In this document: piece by piece, positions 1 through 12,200 of the stretch
Layout: the number at the start of each line of letters is the position of its first letter
Numbering within the stretch: the stretch's first letter is position 1
Source of the DNA: the human T2T-CHM13v2.0 reference genome, Homo sapiens
DNA: 64,000 nucleotides
Direction: 5' to 3' (one strand)
Assembly (NCBI RefSeq): GCF_009914755.1
Contig: NC_060948.1
Notes under the pieces: generated by a model
The model's input: only the letters and a program-made list of their open reading frames with translations
Told to the model about the DNA's origin: nothing
Database searches by the model: none
Translations under genes and position numbers: made by a program

Positions 1-1054
1 AAAATGGGCAGGAGGCATAAGAGTTGGAGGAGTAAGAAAAAGGGTCAGGACAGCCATGTGGAGAGGATAGGTCAGTGCCAGGGGACATACTGGCTGTTGC
101 AGCCTTTGCCCGGTCTCAGCTCCAGTGGTGAAAGGAAAAGTGAGCCCATTTATGTAGTGTAAATTTTCTCACAGTCTATGTGTTTCAGGAAGGAGAGCTG
201 ATTAGTGATTTGGGGGACTGAGCCCTCTCTTGTCATAGGTCCTCTATCATTCAGTCCTCACTGGGCACCTCCCTGGAGACAACCTGGTCTCAGCTCCCAG
301 ACACAGGAGAACCTCATGGCCTGGGAGCCTGCCCCCTAATGGACAGAGGCCTGGAGGGAGGAGCACAGCTGATATGTGTTACAACAAAGAATGTAAAGTA
401 CAGAAGTGGACACAACATTTAGTGCAGTCATCCCAGGCCACAGGAACCAGGATCACCACTCATGGGACTCAGTCTCCCTCTTTGAGAAAGGAACTGCCAC
501 AACCATCAATCTCAACAGCCCTTCCAAGATTTAATAGACCAAACAAGTTGGAATTCAGCTGATTTTAAATTCTGCTGTCATTCCAGATCTCACACAACCC
601 CTGCACCAGAGACTGGAGTCAGAGTCTGCAAGTTGCTTTCTTCTGCTGGTGCAGGAGAATGTGCCAAGTTAGTCTCCACTTGTGGCTGGTACACAGAGTG
701 CTTGGCCACCAGCATTTAATTATTTCCACTATTACCTCTAAGGTTTACCAAAATGTTTGTGTGGTGTAAGCTGTCACTAAGTTCCCTTCCTTTGGGCCTT
801 CCAGAGACTACTTTGAAACATTTGTCACTCTCAAAAACAAGCTACTGTGGATTTGGTCGGCTCTTGATTGACATTTAGAAAAGCTGTGGCCTCAGAAGGC
901 AGCTTCCTTCCTGCTCCAAGTCCACTAGGCTGTACAATGAGCAATTAAGATGTCCCTGATCTCAGATCCAATAAGTTCTGGGTGCAATGTTCAGTCCTCC
1001 CTTCTGCAAACCACAGTGATGACATAATACAGTACCCAGCTGCCCAGTGCCTTT

Positions 1055-4000
1055 TCTAACCCTGTAATTAATCATCACATTAACTTTGACCCACCCCTCT
1101 CCCTAATCATAACCCAGAATCCCTAACACTAACAGCAGCCCTAAGCCACAAACTTGATGCCAACATCAACCCTATGCCTAACTACTCACTAAAACCAAAA
1201 CCCCAAGTGAAATCCCAACTCAAAATCCCACTCTAACTGCTAAACCTGAATTTGACCCTGACCTTGATAATAACCCTAACACAAAGGTACCCCAACCATT
1301 ACATAAACCTGAACTTAAACACTGTCTAAAACCCTAATCCCAAAACCCTAACCCTAAGACAAAAACACTTACCATAAACAAAAAACCATATCTCCAAACT
1401 TTAAAAGCCCCTAACAACTAACCACAACCCCTATCACATAATCCTGACTTCTACCTCTGAAACCTGCCTTCTGAACATGAACATAACACTCACATTAAGT
1501 CTGATACTAATTTCTAACCTAAAACCTAAAATTCTTATTACAACCCTAAGCCTACATCTACCCCAAACCTAAACCTAGCTGTTACATAAAACCCAAACCC
1601 TAATCCTAACATTAATCTTTAGCCCAAACCTAACCCTACACCTAACCCTAACCCTTAACCCTAAGCCTAAGTACTAACATAAACTGTAGCCCTATTGTTT
1701 AACCCCAATCTGTACCCTAATGCCAACCCTAACACTAATTCTAACCAATAATTGTGATGCTGACTGTAATCATAATACTAAACATAACCTTAACTGCTTA
1801 ATATAAATTTAAACACTAACCATAACTATAACCTAAAGCATAAACTATACCTACCCTAACCATAACAATAACATTAAACAATAATTCTAAACTTAATCCT
1901 AATTCAAACACTGTGCCCTATCTATAACACCAACAGACCCACAACCAAATGCCCAGTGAAAACACAAACACTAACACTAAACTCGAACTCTAACACTAAC
2001 ACTGACACTAACCCTTAATGCTAATTCTATATCCTGAAGCTAACCCTAACCCTGAATTTTAACCCATACCCTCTAATCCTAAACCTAAAACTTACTCTGA
2101 TAATCTAAATTTAATCCTTAACCTAAATACTAACTCTAACACTTAACCCTAAAACTAACCTTGAAACCTTAACCCAAAGCCAATCTCTTATTTTTATAAG
2201 TAATCCTAGTGCTAACAATGAAACACTGAAGAAGTGAACCTAACCATAAGCTCAATACATAACCCTACTAATAACACCAATCCTAACTGTAAAGCATAAA
2301 ACTCAAACTTTAACACTAAAACTAACCTAACACTAAACCTATCACTAAAAATAAGTCTAAATGATAACTGTAAACCTAAAGCCTAAAACCTAAACATAAT
2401 CCTAATCCTAAACTATAAACTCTAATCATAACCCATAAACCTAACCATAAACCAAGAGCCTAATCCTAAATGCTAAACTAAACCTTAGACCCTAACTGTA
2501 ACACTAACACTGATGCTAATCCCTAACATTAATCCTAAATCCTAACACTAACTGAAACCCTATTCCTAATCCTTACCCCAAATTCTAACCCTAACTTCAA
2601 CCCTAACACCAAAACCAAATGTATGCCCTACCAGTAAGCCTAACCCTAACCCTAACACTAAACATAACCCTTACCACTAATCCTAACCATTTTACCCTTA
2701 ACTTAACTCTGCCCCTACATGAACACCAACACCAAACGTAAACATAAACCTTACCTTACACTAAGGAGATAATTCTAAGCCCAAATCCTAACCCTAATTA
2801 TAACACTAACCCTAAACAATATCCCAAACATTAGCCAAACCGTAAACCCTAACTCTAACACTAACACCTAATCCCAAGCCCTACTCTAACCCTAACACTA
2901 ACCCTAATCCTAATCTTTAAATGAACAATTTAACCATCATCTTAACCCTAACTGAACCACAAGCAGGTACCCAGTGTTAAACCATAAATGAACACTAAAC
3001 CCTAACCCTAAATTTTAACTCTAAACCAAACCTTTTAATCATAACCCTAACACTGAACATAACACTTACCCTAGTTTTCATCCTCATCCTGAATCCTAAA
3101 CCTTACCTTAAACCAAACCCTAATGCAAACCCTTACACTACCACCTACAACTAAACCTAATTCTAACTATAAAACCCTAAATCCCAAAAACACTGAAGGT
3201 AATTTTAACTACATTCCATAACTCTAACACTCACACTAAACACTACACCTAATGCCCTTATCCTAACAGTAAAGCTAACATAATTCTAATATAATCTTAA
3301 CCTTGGCACTAAACCTAAAAATAACTCTTACACTAAACACTGAACCTAATCATAACCTTAACCCTAAGTCATAAACCCTAAATCTTAACAGTAGCCCCAG
3401 CCCTAAACAAAGCCTTGTAACTCTAATTAAACCTAAACCCTAAACCTAAACCTAATCTTTGCCCCTAACTCTTGAAAAATCTTAATACTAATACTAACAA
3501 CCTTAATCGTGACCACCAACCTCAACCTCAATACAAACCCAGCCCTAACAGTCATGCTAAACCTAAATACAAAGCCCTAACTGTATGCCCAACACTAACA
3601 CTAACATCTAACCATAAATGTTGAACACTAACCTTAACAGTAACCCTAAACCCTAACCCTGAATCCTGAATCCTAACCCTAAACATAACCCTAGCCCTAT
3701 CCTAATGCTAAACACTAACCCAAACACGGAAACCCAACACTAATGCTCTAAACTTTACCCTCAAGCTAACCCTTAAAACTAACCCTAACCCTGGTCAAGA
3801 CCATAATTCCTAACTTTTAAATGTAAGCCTATTTTTTTTACCCTAAACCTAAGCATAACACAACCCCAAACCTAAACTCTAACCCTGATTATGAACCCTA
3901 ACCCTAAACTCAACCGTAAACCTAACCCATAAACCTAATGGTAACTGTAACTCCAACCCTAATCCTCCGGTAGCACTAAATCTTATCTCAGGTCCAGCCC

Positions 4001-4190
4001 TAACTCTTAATCTAATCCTGAACTTTTCTGCAATTGTAAACCGTATCATAATCCTCCATTTCTATCCTATCCTTAAGGTTACCCCATTATGCTTAAAAAA
4101 CTGTAAATACGTCCTCTATGACACTAATCTCTAACCCTTAATACCCATAAGAGTACAAGAAGTTATCATACCCCTTTCTAACCCTAAATC
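1055..4190. repeat. Degenerate interstitial telomere-like tract (TAACCC and variants), ~3.1 kb
   Basis: Continuous C/A-rich, G-poor sequence of TAACCC, TAACAC, TAATCC, TAAACC and CCCTAAA units; at most about 2-3 perfect units in a row (e.g. 2639-2656). Boundaries approximate. Confidence 0.9.
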
Positions 4191-4686
4191 AGTATTGAAT
4201 TAAACTTACGATATCACTAGGAGAAAAAACTAAATGTTACTAAATCTGATAATTATAGACATCATAATGTTTAATCAAATAACAGTACATGGAATTTGTT
4301 ACATTGAGAAGACATTATACACCACAATGTTTAAGATCTTTTCTCAGAAAAGCAATTGTTTTTTTACCATTCTAATGCCATCCCTTTTCAATATATTATG
4401 TAAATCAAATGATGGAATACACCACGTTTGTCTCAACTTTTACCAAAAGTACTTAAAGACAGTCAACATATTTAACATATTTAACAATTAAAACATATTT
4501 AACAATTAAAAATCCAATAAAATGTGGTTCACATTTTTTTCACATGATAAAATGTCTTTATGAAAAACTCATAACAATCATCATCTAAATTTTTGGGAAC
4601 CAAAGCTTTCAGATGAGGAACACATCACTGATGCTCAACCGTATTAAACCCTGTACTAGAAGTTTCAGTGGAACAAGTATATATAT

Positions 4687-4688
<2 letters not shown>

Positions 4689-4720
<32 letters not shown>
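4689..4720. repeat. (AC)16 microsatellite
   Basis: Perfect AC run. Confidence 0.95.
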
Positions 4721-4722
<2 letters not shown>

Positions 4723-4860
4723 CTATTCATATGTAAAAGAGAAAAGTAAAACTACTGACAGATCTCATACACAGAAAACCGTGAGGAACCAACCAGAAAT
4801 TATGAAATCTAGCAAACAAATTAAGCAAAATAACAGCACAAAATATCAACACAAAAAATA

Positions 4861-5147
4861 TTTTCTTTTTGATGGCGTTTTGCTCTCATTACCTACGCTG
4901 GAGTCCAAGAGCACTATCTCGCTCACCACGAATTCCATCTCCTGGGTTCTAGCGGTTCTCTCACATCAGCCTCCTGAGTATCTGGGATTCAGACAGGCCC
5001 TACCAAGCCCGGCTAATTTTGTATTTCTACTAGAGACTGGATTTCTCCATGCTGTCAGGCTGGTCTCCAACTCCTGACCTCAGGTGATGTGCCCACCTTG
5101 GCTTCCTTAAGTGCTGAGATTACAGGCATAAGCCATTGCACCTGGCC
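4861..5147 (-). mobile_element. Alu (AluS-like)
   Basis: Reverse-complement Alu dimer ending ...CACCTGGCC with central TAATTTTGTATTT linker. Confidence 0.9.
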
Positions 5148-5401
5148 ACAAAATCTATTTCTATTCACTAGCATTAAACCACATAAAAGTGAAATTAAGA
5201 CAACAATTTCATTTCTCAAAAAAACAGAAAGGTGAAACCTTTCCCACTGCCCTGGAAGCCACAGATGCAGGCAGCTGGGGGAGGGACAGCCTTGGAGTTG
5301 AGGCTGTGCTGCTACATTGGGACCTGGCTGCAGTGGCTGTGGGTCTAACAAGAAACTGTTCAAGTTTCTGAGAAATCAAAGTAGAATTACTTTAAAACGT
5401 A

Positions 5402-5736
5402 ACAGATGAAGAAGAGAAAACTTCCAGTGCTTTTCAAAGCCCTAACCCCATGATGTCATATAAATATCTTTTGAGTCATAATTTTTTTATAAAAGAACAT
5501 GCACAAATATCAGCAATAATGAAACCCTTGTTGAGTGGCCCAAGTAATTTTGCTGAGAAGAAAATCATTGAGGTCAATGTGAGAGACATCCCTTCAAAAG
5601 TACTGCAAGGAGAGTGCACATATTTTACCTACACATATTAGTACATCCACAGCTCCACAGGGATTTTTAAATTCCCATTTCACCTGAAACTACACTAGAA
5701 CTTCTGATGGCTTTGAACTTTCTTGATTGTATGTAA
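5402..5736 (+). pseudogene. ELOC: Processed ELOC (TCEB1, elongin C) pseudogene; UTR-like flanks ~5300-5990
   Basis: Intronless translation TDEEEKT...PM / EHAQISAIMKPLLSGPSNFAEKKIIEVNVRDIPSKVL...YFTY / LELLMALNFLDC matches ELOC (MDGEEKT...[37 protein letters not shown]...LELLMAANFLDC). ATG changed to ACA; stop at 5639-5641 and indels. Confidence 0.92.
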
Positions 5737-6269
5737 ATACAATTGATTGTTTATAAATACAATAGACTGATATAATAAAATAAATTATAATCAACTGGTA
5801 ACTCTTTTAAGTGTTTAAGACCTGTAGTTGAGTTTGTATTTTTTAGCAGATAGCACATTCCCTGTATGCAATGTAACTATAAAATTAATTGCTAACAAGG
5901 TTGTCTTCTGTACTTTTCATAACAGAGTTGAAATTTGTTTGCAATGTCAACAAATTAAGGACATTTTCACAAACTGAGAAATAAACATGGTAGTTCATAG
6001 GTGGTTTTCTTTACCTATGGATAAGACTTTTAAAATTAACAATGATCTAGAAAATGCTGAAAACTAGAAAAAATAAACATGTCCTACAGTTAAACAATTG
6101 GGCTAAGTGTTTTTATGTATTTAGTTGTTTGTTAATGAAACTATTTTGATGTTGTAGCTGTCAATAGCATTACTGGAGTTATGCAAATAATTGCATTATA
6201 TGTATGTTCAAAACTTTGCCAAAACATTGGCTTACTCTTACTGACCCTAACATAATAAATGTTTTATTA

Positions 6270-6499
6270 ATGCCTATAAGTCAAGGCAGGCACATGACTT
6301 GAGCCCAGAGGTTTGAGGTGAACCCAGGCAACATGGCAAAACATTGTCTCCAAAAAAAAAAAAAAAAATTAGCCAGGTATTCTGGTTGAGGCTAAGGCAG
6401 AAAGATCAAAGGAGCCCAGGATTGAGAGGCTGCAGACTGCAGTGAGCCATGATGGAACAATTGCAGTCCATCTTTGACAAAAAAATGAGACACTGTCAA
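6270..6499 (+). mobile_element. Degraded, 5'-deleted Alu (AluJ-like) whose tail holds DYF404S1
   Basis: TTGAGCCCAG...CCAGGCAACATGGCAAAAC, A-rich linker, GCAGTGAGCCATGAT right arm. Confidence 0.8.
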
Positions 6500-6552
6500 G
6501 AAAGAAAGAAAGGAAGAAAGAGAGAAAGAGAGAAAGAGAAAGAGTGAAAGAG

Positions 6553-6619
<67 letters not shown>

Positions 6620-6621
6620 AA
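6500..6621. repeat. Y-STR with DYF404S1 structure: (GAAA)3 N42 (GAAA)17
   Basis: GAAA x3 at 6500-6511, exactly 42 nt spacer (6512-6553), GAAA x17 at 6554-6621. This is the reverse complement of the recalled (TTTC)n N42 (TTTC)3 motif. Confidence 0.85.
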
Positions 6622-6934
6622 AAATATGCGTTGAAATTTCTTAAGCCCTTTGATAAACTTCAGTATTGTTTAAATGTGTCCTGCCATTATTTTATTGTTA
6701 CAATTTAAGAAGTTTATTTAAAGACGATTTTGGAAGATTACCAGGTACACTTTCTTAAGAAGTAATTAAACTTTACCAAGATGGTCAATAAGTCAACTAT
6801 GCAACTTAGAGTTCTTGTGCATTAGGCCTTCTGGGAAACTCAAAGTACTATATTTTCACTGATTATAAAGCAAATCATCTTTTTCAACTTTCAAAACATA
6901 AAGAAAAACAACAACAACAAAAAAAAAAACAACA

Positions 6935-7085
6935 GGCTGAGAGTGGTGGCTTACAACTGTAATTCCAGTACTTTGGGAGGCCAAGGTGGGGTGATTGCTC
7001 AAGCCAAACTGTTTGAAGCTGCAGTGAGCTATGACTGCACAACCACCTTGCCACCTGGGCAACAGGAAAGCAACAACAAAAAATC
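6935..7085 (+). mobile_element. Alu monomer (FLAM/FAM-like)
   Basis: GGCTGAGAGTGGTGGCTTAC...CTTTGGGAGGCCAAGG...GCTGCAGTGAGCTATGA...A-rich tail. Confidence 0.75.
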
Positions 7086-7094
7086 AATGATCAT

Positions 7095-8015
7095 ATTGTT
7101 TTCAAGACTAAATTTAACCAAGGTGGAAAAATTAGATATGAAAAATTACAAAATACTGCTGAAATAAATTCCAGAAACCCTAAATAAATGTAAAGATGCT
7201 CAATGTTTCTGGATTAGAAGATGATTTTTTATGTGACAATACTGCACAAAGCAATCTATAAATTTACTGGGATTCCTGTGAAAACACCAAAATCCTTTTG
7301 GTAGAAATGGGCAAGACAATTGTAACATTCATATAAATTTCAAGGGATCCTGAATAGCCAAATTGTTCTTGAAAACAAAAACCAACTTGGAGGCTCACAT
7401 TTCTCAATTTCAAATACTACCAATAAGCAGCAGTAATCAAAACAGCATAATAGTGGCATAAGTACACACACAGAGATCAATGGAACGGAATTTTAAATCC
7501 AACAATACCTCTATGGTCAATTGATTTTTGACATGTAGCCAAAATCAGTAAATAGAACAAATTGTGTGATACAACTGACTACCGCAAACAAAGAAATTGT
7601 TCTATTTTCTCACAATACAAATAAAATTAACTCAAAATAGTTCAAAGCCTATATATTAGAGGTAAAAACATAAACTGTAGAAGAAAACATAGGGATTAAT
7701 CTTCATAACCTTGGATTTAGCAGTGGGTTCTTAGATCTGATACCAAAAGCACAGGCAACTAAAGAATTTTCTGAAAATTAACATTTTTGTGCATCAAAAG
7801 ATACTATCAAGAAAGTGAAAAGACATGTTACAGAAAGGAAGATTTGTATGTTATGTATGTGACAACAGACTGTTATCCACAATATATGAAGAACTCACAT
7901 ACTTACACAACACAAATGACAAACAATCCAATTACAAAATTGAGAAATAGTTGAACACACACTTCAGCAGAAAGACATGCCTATGGAAAACAAGCACATA
8001 AAAAGATGAACAGTA
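7095..8015 (+). mobile_element. Old L1 (L1M-type) ORF2 3' fragment
   Basis: Degraded L1 motifs AAATTAACTCAAAATAG, GAAGAAAACATAGG, ACCAAAAGCACAGGCAAC, TTTTGTGCATCAAAAGATACTATCAAGAAAGTGAAAAGAC. Confidence 0.8.
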
Positions 8016-9039
8016 AAATATATAAGTTTTATTCCATCAAGTGTTTCATAGATTAGCTTTTCTCATAGCCATGTGATTCTGTGTGGTAAAATTAGTCCTG
8101 TCCATCTCCACCTGAGGAGCAGCTAAGGTAACAATACTCCTGAAGTTTCCTTAGATGAGAAAAGAAACTATCTGCCAGGAAATAATATTCTGAAATGAAA
8201 ACTTTCCTGCTGGACTAGAGTTTCCAATAAAGGTAACAGTTTGTCCTTCAGCCTCCATGGGCCCAAAAGTTATCATCCAGCAGGAAGTAATAAGGGAAGT
8301 CATTAAGTTAATGGGGTACATGGATAAACAAATGCCCCAAGTCCCATACCAAAACTGTGACATAATTACATACCTTCACAGCATTTCAATATTTAAATAT
8401 TAATAAATCATCTGCTTAAATATCTAAGCTTACTTTATTTCCTTTACACTGTACCGCTAAGGAGATTTACAAATATTTATATGAATTGTCATGATGTGTG
8501 CTAGCATTTTTTTGTCATTTAAAAAATTGACAGATAGTCGTTTTTAATGTCATTTAAAAAATGATAGTCCATATACTGACGGACTACATAACATGTAAGT
8601 ATTTAAACCTAACAAAACCTGGAACTAATAACACACAGTTAGGGAAGATATCAAAGTAATAGTCTGTCTAATAAATTCTTCTGTAATTTCAAAAATTAAT
8701 TGTGTCATTTGTCTTCAGGACTGAGATTTTTTCTTTCCTTATGATTGCAAACACAGGCTTTCATTTCATTAACTATTATTTCCTTGATGTATCAATTGAG
8801 AGTGATCTCATCAATTATCTAACAAATAATGAATTTCTTTTTATCTTTAGAAACATCACATTATTAACTTTTCTACAGTTAGATAGCACAAGCTCTGACT
8901 TTAAAGTCTTAGCTGGACAAAGCCTTGGAAAATTAGATAAGGATGGGCACTGGGTGAACAGACTGAGAGATTACACATAAAATTCCTGAGACACCCAAGA
9001 GTCTGTGTCCCCACAATTGAAAGCAGACAAAAGTGCATC

Positions 9040-9283
9040 AGTTATTCTTTTACTTTATGATGATAGCCATTCCGACAGGTATGAGATGGTATCTCATTTT
9101 TCTTTCGATTTGCATTTCCTTAATTATCAATAATATTGAGTTTTTAAAAATAAGTTTGTTGGCCACCTGTGTGTCTTTCAAAAAGTGTCTGTTCACACTT
9201 CTCAAAATAAGTCATTTGTGCAGCCCACAGACATATGAATAAATGCTCATCATCACTGATCACTAGAGAAATGCAAACAACCA
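9040..9283. mobile_element. Two L1 ORF2 fragments of the same segment in opposite orientation (minus ~9040-9196, plus ~9197-9283)
   Basis: ...AAAAAGTGTCTGTTCA followed directly by CACTTCTCAAAA...AAATGCTCATCATCACTGATCACTAGAGAAATGCAAA. Confidence 0.75.
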
Positions 9284-12200
9284 AGGCATGGTGGTTTGCC
9301 GCACCCATCAACTCATCACCTAAATTTCCCCTAATGTTATCTCTACACTATCCCACCACCTGCCACCAGGTGATGTTTTTCTCCCTGTGTCCATATGTTC
9401 TCATTGTTCAACTCCCACTTAAAAATGAGAACACGTGGTGTTTGATTTTCTATGTCTGTGATAGTTTGCTGAGAATGATGGTTTCCAGCTTCATTCATGT
9501 CCCTGCAAAAGACATGAACTCATCCATTTTTATGGCTGCATACTATTCCATGGTGTATATGTGCCACATTTTCTTTATCCAGTCTATCACTGATGCACAT
9601 TTGGGTTGGTCCCAAGTCCTTGCTTCTGTGAATAGAGCTGTGATAAACATATGTGTGTGTGTGCCTTTATAGTAGAATGATTTATAGTACTTTGGTTATA
9701 TGCCCAGCAATGGCACTGCTGGGTCCAGTGGTTTTTCTAGTCCTAGCTCCTTGAAAAATCGCCACACTGTCTTCTACAACAGTTAAATAATTAACATTCC
9801 CACCCACACTGTGAAAGCATTCTATTTCTCTACGTCCTCTTCAGCATCTGCTGTTTTCTGAATTTGTACTGATCGCCATTCTAACTGGTATGAGGTGGTA
9901 TCTCACTTTGGTTTTGATTTATATTTCTCTAATAATGAGGGATGATGAGCATTTGTTCATATGTTTGTTGCCTGCATCAAAGTCTTCTTTTGAGAAGTGT
10001 CTGTTCATATCCTTTGCCCACTGTTTGATGAGGTTTTTTGCTTTTTTCTTGTAAACTTGTTTAATTTCCTTATAGATTCTGAATGTTAGCCTTTTTTCAG
10101 ATAGACAGATTACAAGACTTTTCACCCATTCTGTAGGTTGTCTGTTCACACTGATGATAGTTTATTTTGCTGTGCAGAAGCTCTTTTGTTTAATTAGGTC
10201 CTATTAGTCAATTTTGGCTTTTATTGCCATGGCTTTTGGTGTTTAAACATGAAGACTTTGCACATGCCTGTGTCCTGAATGGTATTGCCTGGGTTTTCTT
10301 CTAGGAATTTTATGATTTTAATTCTTACATTTAAGTCTTTATTCCATCTTTAGTTGACTTTGCATAAGGTGAAAGGATGGGGTCCAGTTTCTGTTATCTG
10401 CATATGGCTAGCCTGTTTTCCCAACACCATTTATTAAAGGGAAAATCTTTTCCCCATTGCCTGCTTGTTTCAAGATTGTCAAATATCACATGGTAGTAGA
10501 TGTCACATGGTAGTAGATGTGTGGTATTATTTCTGAGGCCACTGTTCTGTTCTATTGGTCTATATATCTGTTTCGGTACAAGTACCATGCTGTTTTGCTT
10601 ACTGTGGCCTTGTAATGTAGTTTGAAGTCAGGTAGCGTGATGCCTCCAGATTCATTCTTTTTGCTTAAGATTGTCTTGTCTATGCAGGCTCTTTTTTGGT
10701 TTCATTTGAACTTCAAAGTAGCTTTCTTTTTCCAATTATGTGAAGAAAATTAATGATAGCTTGATGATGATAGCATTGAATCTATAAATTACTTTGGGCA
10801 GTATGGCCATTTTTCCAATATTGATTCTTCTATCCATGAGCATGGAAGCTTTTTATTTTTCATCTCTTTTTATCTCTCTTATTTCCTTCAGCTGTGGTTT
10901 GAAGTTCTCCTTGAATAGGTTCTTCACATCCCTTGTTAGTTGTATTCCGAGGTATTTTATTCTCTTAGTAGCAATTGTGAATGGGAGTTTACTCATGATT
11001 TGTCTTTCTGTTCTCTCTTATTGTGTGTAGGAAAGCTTGTGATTTTTGCACATTGATTTTGAATCCTGAGGCTTAGCTGAAGTTGCTTACCAGCTTAAGG
11101 AGATTTTATGCTGAGATGATGGGTTTTCTAAGTGTACAATCATGTCATCTGCAAACAGAGACAATTTGACTTCCTCGCTTGTGATTTGAATGTCCCTTAT
11201 TTCTTTTTCTTCCCTGATTACCCTGGCCAGAAGCTTCAAATACTAGGTTGAATAAGAGTGGAGAGAGAGTGCATCCTTGTCTTGTACCAGTTTTCAAAGG
11301 GAATTCTTCCAGTTTTTGCCCATCAGTATATTGGCAGTGGGTTTGGCATAAGTAGCTCTTATTGTTTTGAGATATATTCTGTACATTTCTACTTTATTGA
11401 GAGTTTTTATCAAAAGCGGTGTTGAATTTTGATGAATGCCTTTTCTGCATCTATTGACATAATCATGTGGTTTTTGTCACTGGTTCTGTTTATTTGGTGC
11501 ATTAGGTTTATTGATTTGCATATGTTGAACCATCTTTGCATTTCAGGGATAAAGCTGACATGATCGTGGTGGATAAGCTTTATGATGTGCTGATGGATTC
11601 AGTTTGTCAGTATTTTATTGAGGATTTTCACATCAATGTTCATCAGGGATACTGGCCTGAAATTTTCTTTTTTGGTGTGTCTCTGCAGGGTTTTAGTATC
11701 AGGATGATGCTGGCCTCATAAAATGATTTATGGAGGATTTCCTCTTTTTGTATGGTTTGTAAAAATATCAGAAGGAATGCTACCTCTTTGTATCTCTGGT
11801 AGAATTCAGCTGTGAATCTGTCTGGTCCTGGATTTTCCTTGTTGGTAGGCTATCAGTTACTGCCTCAATTTCAGAACTTGTTAATGGTCTATTCATGGAT
11901 TTAACTTCTTCTTGGTTTACACTTGGGAGGGTGTATGTGTCCAGGAATTTATCCATTTCTTTTTGATGTTCAAGTTTATTTGCATAGAGCTGTTTATAGT
12001 ATTATCTGACAGTAGTTTGTATTTCTATGGGATCATTGGTGATATTCCCTATATCTTCTTTACTATTCTGGCTGGTGGTATATGTATTTTGTTGATATTT
12101 TCAAAACACCAGCTCATGGATTTATTGATTGTTGAAAGGATTTTCCGTCTCTGTCTCCTTCAGTTCTCCTCTGATCTTAGTTATTTCTTGTTTTCTGCTA

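Noticed and set aside
1-1050. Unique GC-moderate sequence, possibly a PRY/TTTY-type exon
   Set aside because: No translation or splice structure I could match; left unannotated.
1055-4190. True telomere or CRISPR-like array
   Set aside because: Flanked by non-telomeric DNA on both sides, highly degenerate, no constant repeat-spacer structure, eukaryotic context.
4613-5077. 154 aa ORF
   Set aside because: Runs through the (AC)n repeat and an antisense Alu.
8270-8310. ATCATCCAGCAGGA resembling OFD1 IIQQE
   Set aside because: Opposite strand to OFD1P and the match does not extend.
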